The position numbers and the translations under genes are program-made. Shown in pieces: positions 10,637-23,912 of a stretch of 52,258 nucleotides of DNA. The stretch is from Nemertoderma westbladi. Lineage: Eukaryota; Animalia; Xenacoelomorpha. The notes below the pieces were generated by a model. That model was given only the letters and a program-made list of their open reading frames with translations, did no database searches and was not told the DNA's origin. The stretch is from contig JAUCBJ010007065.1 of NCBI GenBank assembly GCA_032718475.1, positions 1 to 52,258 of the forward strand. Direction: 5' to 3'. Within the stretch, counting starts at the first letter, position 1. Every line of letters begins with the position of its first letter.

Positions 10637-12881
10637 GTTTGTTTACACAGTTGAATGTCTACTGCTTATTACAGTCTAAGCAAGTCTAGTAATTCAGTAT
10701 TAACTGCTAGCCTAGTAATTAATTACCGATACTGCTACTCAGTGTAGCGTGATATATATAATATATTAGAATACCGGTATGCTTATAGTATATATAACTA
10801 TATAAGTATTATTACAGACTAGGTTTATCACAGAATACCGGTATAATTTTAGCACAAATATATATAAATATATAATAGGCCTATCGGGAATACCGGTATA
10901 CAGCTTACAGTTTGTAGTATATATAATTCTGGACTAGAATTAATTACAAGTACCGGTATAATTTCAGCCTAAATTTATAGAAATAAAGATAATAGGCCTA
11001 TCGTAAATACCGGTATATCAATTATTTTAAATAATTGAATTTCTGAATTTTAGGGTTACTTGGTTACTTTACTTACTTTATTACCGTTATTTGAGCAGTA
11101 GTCCAACTGATATTGAGACCTAATTGTTGTATGGCAGGCCTACTATTTATAAATCGTTTGAGTTGATTTATAATATATATATACCCGTTTTAATGGGTTT
11201 TGTCAATGTTTGAAATAAATGTTATTATTTCTGGGGAGTAATCACTACACAAAGCGGTGCGCTTTCAGTGAAGTGTTACTTATAGGACACTAAAACAAAT
11301 AATGCTAATTTACCTAAGTTACTTAATACTACAAATTACGTACAATTCGGGTGAGATTACAATCTCTAAATAAACACAAAAATTTACAAAAAACACAAAA
11401 TACAAATTTTCAGGGTAATTTTACAAGAAGTCTACAAACCAGCCTAACAAAGGGTTAGAAATCTGGTTATTACAACGGACAGGGTACTGCGGTATTTGAA
11501 AATAATACGTAGTAGTAAATACACTGCGTTGTCCAGATAGGAAAATACCACCGCCTGACGACCTATAGCCGTATCGCTCTAGGTACTACGTTATGTATCA
11601 CGGAGTGTTCCTACCTAGAAGTTAATAGAGCTAATCGAACGTGCCTATCAACCACTTTACAACACAAATATAATGTCTACACTAATTACTTTCGGAAAGC
11701 ACTGTACACTAAACCCTAAATTAGGTACGAGTACTTGTACAACATATAATCAGTAGTTAAATATACTTGAACAGCTAAAAGAACCACGGCATCTGCTGGA
11801 GTGACCGGTGCACAAAATCACCAGTCTTTACCTACGCCAAGCAGCCCGTGTAGTACCGGGGTTAATTTAACTATAGCGGTATGTATAACAAACACAATTA
11901 TTGTAGGAACAAACTTGGGGAATGAATGTTGCGAATAATCGCATAAACTCTGAATAATAAATATTACGCTACGCGTACAAACCACTCAAACAAAATGCAG
12001 ACCAAATACTGACAGACTACCATCAAGCCTAAACAAACTACGGTATATGCAGACTCCGAAATGATTAGGTAGTATGCGTTCTAACCCAGTAGTACGACTT
12101 ATTCTTTAGTTGGGGGTTTACCTTACAGCAATGGCTGCCCCTACTTCCTAACCGTTCTTTATCGGACAGATGCTTTACACACACCGAAATCCGTTCAGAC
12201 CTAATAACAGCCAGACAACTATCCAGCCTACAAATTATCTAAATAAATATTATACGCTACCTGTACAGACTACACAAACAAAGTACAGACTAAACGATGG
12301 CAGACTACTCTCAAGCCTAAATAAACTACAGGACATGCAGACTCCGAAATGATTAGGTAGTATGCGTTCTAACCCAGTAGTACGACTTATTCTTTAGTTG
12401 GGGGTTTACCTTACAGCAATGGCTGCCCCTACTTCCTAACCGTTCTTTATCGGACAGGTGATCTACACACACTGCAATCCGTTCAGACTTAACAGCAATC
12501 AGACAACAGCTCAGCCTACAACTTGTCTGTACAATATGATCAGGCTTACACGCCTTCTGTTCAATACTGGCCTACAAACAAATAAAACTGACAGAAATAA
12601 GTAAGCTCCAAAAGAAACAAGGGGTGTACAGTCCCTAATCTCTTAAACAGCCTACCGGTATACAACAATCAAATCGAATAATACTAATGTACTTATACGG
12701 GAAGTACCGGTTAGGACAGTTAGGCCTACGGACCTACTGAAGTACCGGTTCTGGCAGTTGGACCTACGGGCCTACGGCAGTACCGGTTCTGGCAGTTGGG
12801 CCTACTGACCTACAGATGCACCGTTCAGGTTTACCGGTTGACCGGTACTTTCAACTTTATTGCTTACGGCAATAAAGAAGC

Positions 12882-12893
12882 TATATCCGTTAT
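12882..12893 (-). promoter_or_regulatory. Non-tRNA primer-binding-site position of A2 (ATAACGGATATA)
   Basis: Directly after the LTR end; perfect reverse complement of A2 LTR site 25297-25308. Confidence 0.75.
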
Positions 12894-13399
12894 TGTTCGC
12901 GCTTTCAGACCTTTGGCAGTTTAACCCGCCAAATTAGGATGTCTGTTAGATAATAAATCACTTTTAGCCTATGACAAGTATTTGATTCACTACACTAGTC
13001 GAAACCAATCTGTGCGCGATCATTCACCCGCTGGATATACCCGGGAGATTGGGTTCGACGGCTTAATCTTATTGCTAGGTAAGCCTAATGTATTATTCGA
13101 CTGACAGTATTATATAATCTCTGACAATATTATTCACCTTCGGGGAATATTAACAGTTCCTTTAGGACGTGGCGCTCTATCTATATAAACAGAGTTATGA
13201 CTTAAACTACTCACAACGATATGGCTTAGTTATAATTCACATATATGGCGCATTCTTTAGGAAATGCTTCGTTATCAGTCTCACTCATACACAATGCTGC
13301 ACAATACTGCACACTGATCTGCCGATCTTCACTGATTTTAGTCACATATAAAAGGAACACGGACCGACTCATGTAGGGTCTATCAAATAACATTAGATT
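12894..13399 (-). repeat. A2 5' LTR, downstream (U5-side) part
   Basis: Matches A1 LTR 7380-7885; ends at AGATT (13395-13399) where A3 starts. Confidence 0.9.
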
Positions 13400-14570
13400 T
13401 GTAAAAGCTTTTGCGTCATTAACCGGTTATTTTCCCTTAAAGTACTCTGTAGTTGGTTTGCCAGGCATAAAAAGGCCGTGTCCTTGCTGTACTGGTGTTT
13501 TAGAGGACATAAAAGTCATTTCTTCTGTATTTGTACTGTATTTGTACTTTAGAGGACATAATCCGCAATCTTGTGACGCGATAAGCTAGATACTCTTGAA
13601 AACAGTGTCGCTACCATGACGACGGCTAGCAGCTGATATTGCCACGTCGACGTTTCTTTGTTTCTTTGTTCTCTCGTTGTTCGGTTGACCAATCAGAGCG
13701 TTTTTTGTCTCTGTGTTGGAGGTGTATACAGAACTCAGTAGTTCAGTGTTATGTTTTTGCCCAGAGCCTAAGAACCGGCTTTTGGCACCTCCGTGTTTCA
13801 GTCTTTAGTCTTACATTAGTAGGCTTAATTATAGAACGTATATCTGTTATCTGATTCACTACTTACCTACCGAGTTACCTTATCAATGCAATTTATACCT
13901 TAACTTTACTGCTTTTGCTGTTGATTATTCGTTATATTTGTTGATGAATTATTATATCGGAATACTGATCAATAGCCCGACATCCCAATCTTCTTGATAT
14001 ACTAAAGGTTAGAGAGACCGGTTACAGATAAACGATTGCGACCTATGTATGTTAAGTGGTTTGAAGTGAATCTAATGCTATTTCATATGCCCAACATAAA
14101 TTGTCTGTTGCTCTCTTTATACGTGACCAAATTTAGTGAAGGTCGGCAGATTAGTGTGCAGTATTGTGCAGCATTGGGTATGAGTGTAACTGATAACAAA
14201 GCATCTCCTAAAGAATGCGCCATATACGTAAATCTATAGCCTTTTCGTTGTGTCTAGTTTAAGTCATAACTCTGTTTACATATTTAGAGCGCCACGTCCT
14301 AAAGGAACTGTTAATATTTCCCGAAAGTGAATAATATTTGTCAGAGATTATATATTACGATCAGTCGAATAATACAGTAGGCTTACACCATCAATCATTA
14401 AGCTCCGAACTCAGTCTCCCGGGTATATCCAATGGGTTAATGATTGCGCATAGACTGGCTTCGGCTAATGTAGTGTATCAAATACTCGTCATAGGCTAAA
14501 GACTATCTATCATCCAAAAGACATTCTAATTTTGGCAGGTTAAACTGTCAAAGGTCTGAAAGCGCAAACA
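13400..14570 (+). repeat. 5' LTR of A3 (1171 bp, TGTAAAAG...CGCAAACA)
   Basis: Direct repeat of 23913-25048; differs by a 35-bp indel and about four substitutions seen by eye. Confidence 0.96.
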
Positions 14571-14581
14571 ATAACAGATAT
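14571..14581 (+). promoter_or_regulatory. Non-tRNA primer-binding-site position of A3 (ATAACAGATAT)
   Basis: The LTR end is fixed independently by the LTR pair and TSD. The next 11 nt are the reverse complement of ATATCTGTTAT at 13840-13850 (24318-24328 in the 3' LTR). Confidence 0.8.
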
Positions 14582-16663
14582 TGCTTCTGGATTGCGGTGT
14601 AAGCAATCAAGTCTAAAGTACCGGTACCGGTTGAACGGTAACCTGTACTGCTGTAGACCTGTAGGCCTGACTGCCTGATCACCCGAACCGGTACTTACAG
14701 TACAGGTACAGCAGTATTATTCGATTTTTATAATTATATACCGGTAGGCCTTAATAATTAATCAGGGACGGCCGCCCTGGTTTTTTATTGAGATTTTACT
14801 TGTTTCTGTCAAGTTTTATTTATTTGTAGGCCAGTATTGAACAGAAGGCGTGTAAGCCTGATCATATTGTACAGACAATTTGTAGGCTGGGCTGTTGTCT
14901 GATTGCTGTTAAGTTTGAACGGATTGCAGTGTGTGTAGATCACCTGTCCGATAAAGAATGGTTAGGAAGTAGGGGCAGCCATTACTATAAGGTAAACCCC
15001 CATCTAAAGAATAAGTCGTACTACTGGGTTAGAACGCATACTACCTAATCATTTCGGAGTCTGCATGTCCTGTAGTTTATTTAGGCTTGAGAGTAGTCTG
15101 CCATCGTTTAGTCTGTACTTTGTTTGTGTAAGTCTGTACGGGTAGCGTATAATATTTATTTAGATAATTTGTAGGCTGGATAGTTGTCTGGCTGTTATTA
15201 GGTCTAAACGGATTGCAGTGTGTGTAGAGCCTCTGTCCGATAAAGAACGGTTAGGAAGTAGGGGCAGCCAATGCTGTAAGGTAAACCCCCAACTAAAGAA
15301 TAAGTCGTACTACTGGGTTAGAACGCATACTACCTAATCATTTCGGAGTCTGCATGTCCTGTAGTTTATTTAGGCTTGATAGTAGTCTGTCAGTATTTGG
15401 TCTGCATTTTGTTTGAGTGGTTTGTACGCGTAGCGTAATATTTATTATTCAGAGTTTATGCGATTATTCGCAACATTCATTCCCCAAGTTTGTTCCTACA
15501 ATAATTGTGTTTGTTATACATACCGCTATAGTTAAATTAACCCCGGTACTACACGGGCTGATTGGCGTAGGTAAAGACTGGTGATTTTGTGCACCGGTCA
15601 CTCCAGCAGATGCCGTGGTTCTTTTGGCTGTTCAAGTATATTTAACTACTGATTATATGTTGTACAAGTACTCGTACCTAATTTAGGGTGTAGTGTACAG
15701 TGCTTTCCGAAAGTAATTAGTGTAGGCATTATATTTGTGTTGTAAAGTGGTTGATAGGCACGTTCGATTAGCTCTATTAACTTCTAGGTAGGAACACTCC
15801 GTGATACATAACGTAGTACCTATAGCGATACGGCTATAGGTCGTCAGGCGGTGGTATTTTCTTATCTGGACAACGCAGTGTATTTACTACTACTTATTAT
15901 TTCAAATACCGTGTTTGTGTTTATTTAGAGATTGTAATCTCAACCCGAATTGTACGTAATTTGTAGTATTAAGTAACTTAGGTAAATTAGAATTATTTGT
16001 TTTAGTGTCCTATACGTAACACTTCACTGAAAGCGCACCGCTTTGTGTAGTGATTACCCCCAGAAATAATAACATTTATTTCAAACATTGACAAAACCCA
16101 TTAAAACGGGTATATATAAATTATAAATCAAATCTAACGATTTATAAATAGTAGGCCTACCATACAACCATTAGGTCTCAATATCAGTTGGACTACTGCT
16201 CAAATAACGGTAATAAAGTAAGTTAAAGTAACCAAGTAACCCTTAAAATTCAGAAATTCAATTATTCTAAAATAATTGACATACCGGTATTTACAATAGG
16301 CTTATTATATTTATTTCTATAAATTTTAGGTTGAAATCATACCGGTATTCTGTAATTAATTCTAGTCTGTAATTATACTTATATATATACACTATAAGTG
16401 TAAACTGCATACCGGTATTCACGATAGGCCTATTATATATTTATATATATTTGTGCTAAAATTACCTACCGGTATTCTGTGATAAACTAGTCTGTAATAA
16501 TACTTATATATACTATAAGCATACCGGTATACTAATATATTATATATCGTGCTACACTGAGTAGCAGTATCGGTAATTAATTACTAGGCTAGCAGTTAAC
16601 ACTGAATTACTAGACTTGCTTAGACTGTAATATAGCAGTAGGCATTCAACTGTGTAAACGAAC

Positions 16664-19600
16664 ATGTCTGACGCAAAGCAGAACCTGTCAGACAGTCTAC
16701 TAGATACAACCGAGAGCGAAGTGACAGCAGAGAAACCGCATAAGAGGGATGCTATTGACATCTATCTGTCAGACTATCAACGCTTTGTAGGAGATGAAGA
16801 GTTGAGGAGAAGGCTGGAGGGGCTTAGCCCTAATAGTGAAGGAACCAAGCTTGTGCTGGACGCAATCGATGCGGAAATGTTAGCTGCGAACCAAGCTAAA
16901 TTTGATGAACTCCTCCGCATCACTAGAGTCCAAGAAGAGCAAGTAAAGAAAAAACGTATAGAAGACAGAAAGAAAATAGCAGCGGCCTTGGCAGATGCAG
17001 TGGCAGAAGCAGAAAGAAAAGCGGCACTGGCAACAGCAGAGGCAGTGGCAGAAGCAGAACGGAGGGCATCTGAAGAGGCAACCCAACTAGAGTTGGAAAA
17101 TCTTCAAGAGAGGCAAGACAACTTCAATAAACAGTTAACAGCTAGTAATATGCAGATGATGAGTCGATCTACTCCCAAAAGACAGGGGTATACATCATCT
17201 GAGGAAGGCGATACTACCGATACTGAAGGCAAAGGAAATAGATCTCGTCTAAGCAGACGTAAAAGAACATTCCACCGTCAGAAATTGCCTGATTTGCCTC
17301 CAGCTGTTAGAAGGCAACTAAATAACACCAACTTAGGTAGTACAGAACCCACAGACCAAATAATTAAAATAGAAAGACTCCCTACTATAGTAGATGAGCC
17401 TGAAATAATTAGGCCTGTTCTTGAAATCACCCCTTCGGTGATAGATACACCTGTGCTCCCTGAAGCTACCTCTAAATTCCCTCTGCATAGCACTAAGCTA
17501 CCTGTGCCCAGTAGAACTGCCCAGGAGACAGTTCAGGTCCTGGACCCCGAGCGAAATATTCATGATTTGTCGCCCATTGTCCCTCGTCCGCCCGCTACAA
17601 CGTTGGCGACTCCCGCTTCGGCGGTCGAATGGGTGGACGAGAGACGGCGGGGGATGGATCTCCTGCTCGGACAGATGCAGGAGACTGTTCAACAATTCAA
17701 AGGCACAGTAAGGGAAAGTAGGCTAGAGTTGCAAGAAGTGCAGCAAAGTATCGCGCTAGAACGCGATAAATTAGTAAATGCACAAAAGGGTATACCACCA
17801 CCCTCTGTAACAATGTGTCAACCTGTTAGGTCTGAAGTATCGCATGCGCAAGGTGTGGAGCCTACACGCATCTATACTGCTAGCGAAGTAGAAACTCCTA
17901 TAGTGAACCCTATTAAGGGTAATTATAGACCTGTTGATAATGATATTCCATATAGAACGGATCATAATCCGAGAAATTTATATACCGATAACTCGATATT
18001 AAATAACACGATGGCCCAAGAAAGTTTTACGCGTCAAATGGCTAGAACCGAAGCCCGGCAAGCTGTAAAGGTGGGAGAGATCGTCAAGTTCAATGGAGAT
18101 GAGATGAAATGGTTACCTTTTAATGAATATTACAAAGATAACATACAGAACTCTGTGCTATCTAATGGAGAGAAACTTAGATTCCTCATCGAGTGCTTGG
18201 AAGGATCTCCCAAGTTAATGGCGTTATAGTTTATTGGACATCCAGACGGATTAAGACAAGTTTGGGATACACTTAACATCAGGTATGGTAATAGGAATAA
18301 CATAGCTGGGTATTTGTATGCAAAGTTGGTAGCGCCCCGAAAGTTTATTAGCAGCGGAATTATAGAGTTTTCCGATGAGATTCAGGAGATCTGCAGACAA
18401 TTAGATTGGCTAGGTAAGTCTCATGAGTATCAGAACGCTATGGTTATTAGAGCAGTGGCTTCTACTTTACCGAAGGGTGGAGTAGGTACACGCTGGGATA
18501 AGAAAGTGTTATATATGATGGAACAACAACGACGAGACCCTACCATGGCTGATCTCATGTCATTCCTAGATGGAGAAGTGAAATTACAGCTCCTAAGGCA
18601 GTCCAGAGAGAAGACATTGGAAAACAAGGTAAGTGAGAAACCCGTTTCTAGGAGAAGGGTAACACCAGTGTGTTATACAGACGACGGCGAAAGCCAGACT
18701 TCTCAAGGAGAGGATAGCGGGAAAGACACTAAAAGATCTTATTATGGCAATAAAGCGCCTATAGAACAGGTAAGTAAATTCAAGTCTCGACCCAATGACA
18801 GAAGAGAACCGGTAAGAAAAACCCCTCCTACGTCTCCCAAGAGAATTCAGGTGAGAAAGCCCGAGGAAAGAACGAACGTGCACCACACAGCACAGGTTAA
18901 AGTAAGTAACATCAAACCCAAATGTGTGCTGTGCGACGGGCCCCACCGCTTGAATATGTGCGATGAATTCTTAAAGAAATCATTAAAAGAGAGACGGGAA
19001 GTCATGTGGGATAAGCGGTTGTGTTATAATTGTCTCAGACGAGGACACCAACGGCGAACCTGTTACTCCGACGCAAGGTGTGCAAAGTGCGGTGCGAAAC
19101 ATCATATCTTGTTGCACACTGAATTCGAGCGAAATAGTCCGAGTCAGGTGAGTGATTCCGAACTACATGTCCAATTCAGTGATGTGAACGACACTGATCA
19201 ATCTGAGATGGAAGGATTCTATACGGACGAATTCTCCGACCAAAACGAATCCTGTTACTTAATAAACACCACCACAGTGTATCGAGCACTCATGTATGAG
19301 AAAGACACAGACAGCGACCTCACCCTAACTACTTCAGATCAACAACAATCTTGGAAAGCGCCAACTTACAATATAGGAATCCGAGAATTTCCTGTAGTAC
19401 AGTTACGGGTCCACGGACCTCAGAAGAGCTATATAGTGAACGCCCTCCTGGACTCCGGTAGCACAGGAACATTCATCGATAAAGAACTAGCCGAAGTCAT
19501 CTTTGCTGGACAACCCAAGTTCCGAACCAAGCTAAACATGTCAGGGATCATGCAGGTTTGGAATTCTACTGTAGCTGCCGACTATTATATAGGTGAGTTG

Positions 19601-20662
19601 TCCACTCCACAGGATAAACTAGGAGAACACAGTATAAGGTCAGTCAAAATGGTGGCAATAAAGAACTTCGCTACCACCCAAGTGGAACCTTATAATTGGG
19701 ACGAAGATGATCATGTCCAACAACTTAACATCCCTAGATTCGACATCGATTATCCTGGAGTACAAATATTAATCGGTCAAAACGCGCATGAGGCGCTGGA
19801 GACATTAGAGAAACGACCTACTCAACCGCAACCACTTCAGACCTATGCGGTAAGAACTAGAGTAGGTTGGTACCTTACTGGACCTTCCCGAAGAACGCTC
19901 AGAGAAAGACTGCTTCAAGATCACGTCTGCCAGGTGAGTGAATGGGAAGATGATACTAGTGAGGGAGACGACCCAACTGAGGGAACACCATACTCCTCAG
20001 ATAATGACGATATTAGCTCCAATGTAGATCAATGGAGATATTGCCCCAAGAAGTTTAATCCAACTGACATCGCTTCCAGAGGAGCAACTCCTCAAGAACT
20101 GACAGATACTACAGACCGGTTAGGTGAACCCGACTTCCTGAGTAAGGAGGATGAATGGCCTCCCCATCTCACTCCGACTGAGATTAGACCAGCTAAGGGA
20201 GCGGAGAAAGTCAAACCTAAAACCCGGACGGGTGGATCGGAGTTATTTGAACCCGGGATAGATCTGTCGGTATTACATATTGCCAGGGACGACGCCGTGG
20301 ATCTGGACCTCCCCACCGCGAGTGGATCCTTCATGAAGATCAGAGAGAGCGATTGGAGCTCTGGAACATCAGATGTCTCGCAGGGACTTTCACCTCTCCT
20401 GCAGGGAGCGACGGACCACTATAGCTCCTGGAATCGGCTTTGTAAGGCCGTCGTGTACCTAAAGCAATGTTTCTATCGTCACTATTCCAGGACGAAGAGG
20501 AAACCTGGAATTGTATTCGGGATGCAGCGACTCAATCACCCAGTCGGTCGTTTGTGTTTACCGGAAGGGAATGGAGGACTCTCCGGAAACTGTGGAAGGC
20601 AAGATTCTCTTCCCACGACCACCTCCCTAATCCTTCAAACATCTAGGGACTCCATAACGTAA
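16664..20662 (+). pseudogene. A3 Gag-protease ORF with an in-frame N-terminal deletion and one premature stop
   Basis: ORFs 16664-18229 and 18314-20662 share a frame; TAG at 18227 corresponds to AAG (K) in A1. About 290 aa missing after MSDAKQNLSDSLLD. Intact triple knuckle and ALLDSGS; same C-terminus as A1. Confidence 0.92.
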
Positions 20663-21210
20663 CAACATATGGAGTGGGTGTGTGACTCTATTATTTTGTA
20701 TTTGTTTTATTTTTATATTTATGTATGTATTATTATGTAATTTTATTTTAATCGTTTTATTTAATTTTATTTAGTAGTATGGTATTTTAGAGATTATTTA
20801 GTAGATTAGTGCAATATATATTCGCGTTTATTATTTAATTACGTATATTATATATTTAGTGCGACGGCGAGAAATAATTCTTTTTCTCTTTCCTTACTGC
20901 CCGTATCATATTATAAATACGTGACTACAGTAAGATGAAATATCCGTACTTATTAAAGTACAATAAAGCTCCTACTATATTTAAGTATTATTGGTAGGCA
21001 GAGTATTAGGAATGCAAAGTTCAGATCCTCGTGTCTCGGCTAAACCAAGCTCTGGGTAGACCTTGGAAACGACTTGCCTCTTCTCACTGACATTGCTTCG
21101 TGCGATATTGCTCTCATACCGTATATTAAATAATACATATAGTAGCGTGATGTCCCTTTAACAGTAGCGTATAACGCAAAATAATTCTGTTAAACCCTTT
21201 GACCATCTGC

Positions 21211-21485
21211 AATTCTAGTCGATTAAGATATCGCGGCACCCACCGATATACTTGAAAGACAAAATTCTAGAATCAGTGGTTAACGTCCCCAGACAAGTTC
21301 TGGAATAAACTGGTGCCCATCCTAAATATTAATTATTAATATTTACAAAAATCTGTCAAATATCAGATCCTTTAAAATTCTAGTCGATTAAGATATCGCA
21401 GCACTTACCGATACTCTTAAAAGGACAAAATTCCTAGAATCAAGGATCCCAGTCCCCAGACACGTTCTGGAATAAAATTGTGTCT
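21211..21485 (+). repeat. Duplicated ~110-bp self-complementary element in the A3 3' region (period 165)
   Basis: AATTCTAGTCGATTAAGATATCGC..CTAGAATCA..GTCCCCAGACA.GTTCTGGAATAAA starts at 21211 and 21376. Confidence 0.8.
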
Positions 21486-22284
21486 ATTTAACATTAAATA
21501 ATAAAATTTACGGGAATAAATTTAAATTCATACTTTAAATGAATTTAATAAATTGTCATTTTGTACAATTTATAACATTCCCAAAATTCCATTAATTAAT
21601 AGATCATGGGAGCGGAGATTCACTATATTAAGTGTATTTGTGTGTGAGAATCTCCAATGTATAGTCAATAGCCGATAAAATTCATAAATTCATATATAGA
21701 GAGGATATTGACAATTAAAGAATTACTATTAAATAGCATCCCAGATCTGTATGCATGAGAATTACCCTAATTCTACCGCTAGCTTTCCATAATGTCACCA
21801 TGGCAACAACCACGCTAGAATTAGAAGTGAGTTAAAAGAACAATAAAAGGCTTGCGTATTGAATAGCATCCGGAATAAATAGCACACCGCTAGTATCCAA
21901 GGATACATAATAACAACGTGACATTCTGGAAGGCACTTGACTAACGGACAAATGACCCGAATGTGTGATAGAATGTGTACAATTTGTGACAGTTACGTGG
22001 AATTTGTGCGTTTGTAGGTGAATGTTACTACTAAGGTGTGTTTACAGTAGCGAGTCGCAATTGTGAAAGTAACCCTAACTCTCCAGTAAGAACCTGAAGT
22101 ATATCTAAGCCTTTGGGACGGACGGTGGAGTGGCTCGTGCTGGTTGTTGTAGTCGTTGTGCAGCTACGACGTTGGCGATAGGCACATCGGCGAAAGTACA
22201 CCAGCGCTGAGGATCTCACACTGTCCGGGGGCAGAGAGGGGTAGGCAGCGACGCCCGCTCGCCTAAATATAAACTCATTATAAT

Positions 22285-23760
22285 ATGGATAAACTTATAT
22301 AGCAGATATGATTGAGTTGATAGAAGATGATCTTGGTATCAGGGAGCGATATGCTCTACCTTTACAAGCGTTTGTTGATAGCCTGATACGCGGCGACGCT
22401 GGTCCAACTACTACGGAGGACGATGGTCGTTATATCTAACCGCCAATGTCCCGGGAGCAACTTGCGCATGGGTTAGACTGTAGAAAATTCATCGCTCGCT
22501 ATACGCATCGTAATGGTACGTATATGGACTTCTTAACTACTGGTCATCCTATCGACATCCTACACGATACGAACGATATAGACACCAAAGGGAAATGGTT
22601 TATTTAAATATCATACCCAGCGGAAGCGGAACGATAAACTGAGACTCGAACACGAAAATTCTATTCGAAACCGACTCGAAAGTGCAGATGTCGAAATGCC
22701 GGATAAACGCAGCGACTCCACCAAATACCTGGAATTTTTGAGAGAAACCTATCTCGATATTACCAGTCAACAGAATCTAGAAACTCGATATCCTCAAGGT
22801 ATACATCATGACCGCATGGTAGAACTCAAACGGCTCTATTCCACTATGATGTATCTTACCGCCGATCGATCGCTACCTGTTGTACCGGATAGCTTCGAAC
22901 GGATGGAGGAATATTCTAAGCTGGAGAAAGATCACTCGCGTTTCCCCTACAAGACGTGCGTTTTTGGTATTATTGCGATGAATGCCCAAGACCCAACCAA
23001 CAAACGGAAAGACATAAACATCCGCGGAGACGTTGCTTTAAACACGGTTTTACTCGCTATACTTACGGGAGTTTCGAGCGAAACTTGTTCGATGTATCAC
23101 CTACGATCGTTCGACTCAGACGATCCTTAAATAAACCAATGATCAGAGTTTCGGAATGCTCGATCAGAACTCCTCATTCCCTAGTGAGACTTCAGACTCT
23201 TGATCCTATTAGTATGACGGATCCTCCCGAGCTGTACTCACTGTTCAAAGATCTAGTGTTACCTGAACAATTAGTCGGTGGCACCCGGTTGTGGGCTTCC
23301 TAGATATTAGCCCATCCTACCTAGCCGGATTGGGACGCGGACATTTAATATCGCCGTTTAACCCTTACCATCGTCCCGGCTTAACACGATATAACCTGTC
23401 ACCAAAGTGGCGGAGAACGTTGTACCAAACGAGTTAAACGCTATTCTACAAAGATCAGAAAGGAAACCTGCGTTTGTTCAGATAAACGTAAGTTGTAACA
23501 GCAAGTCCAAGCTAGCGATAAACGAATTGTCTTTATCTCAGTTCGATTGTGAAATCCAGAATCTCTAAGAAGATATCGAACTTAGACAACCCCATTCTCT
23601 GCGAGAGTTTTTGGATGAACGTATCCAGCTACGAGCGGAGGAAAATCAGCTCGAGGAGAAGCATATCGAAACGGCGGATACCCCGACCATAATCCTACAC
23701 CTTCTGATGCAATTATATTGCACCCTTCACCCAGGATTTATAACCCTCCTAGTAAAGTGG
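22285..23760 (+). pseudogene. Decayed additional ORF of unknown family just before the 3' LTR of A3
   Basis: Coding-like, more GC-rich stretch giving consecutive protein-like fragments (MIELIEDDLGIRERYALPLQAF.., ORFs 22696-23130, 22956-23303, 23611-) broken by stops and frameshifts; no family recognised. Confidence 0.5.
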
Positions 23761-23904
23761 CTCGCCCCAAAGAGAAAAGGACTCTTGCTAGCCTCAAAAA
23801 ACTGCGTAAACGCCGTCTGCGTAAGAAAGACTAACTGTTTAGAGTATCTTTATGTTTTAGAAACTGTGATTTGTTATATTTTATAGACTTAAATCCCATT
23901 TTCT

Positions 23905-23912
23905 GGGAGCGG
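23905..23912 (+). promoter_or_regulatory. Short polypurine tract of A3 (GGGAGCGG)
   Basis: Directly upstream of the 3' LTR TGT; partly within a TCCCA/TGGGA hairpin. Confidence 0.65.

Noticed and set aside
13851-13870. Hammerhead core generating the self-primer end
   Set aside because: Only CTG is shared among copies (CTGATTC, CTGCAAA, CTGCTGA); no conserved CTGANGA/GAAA core.
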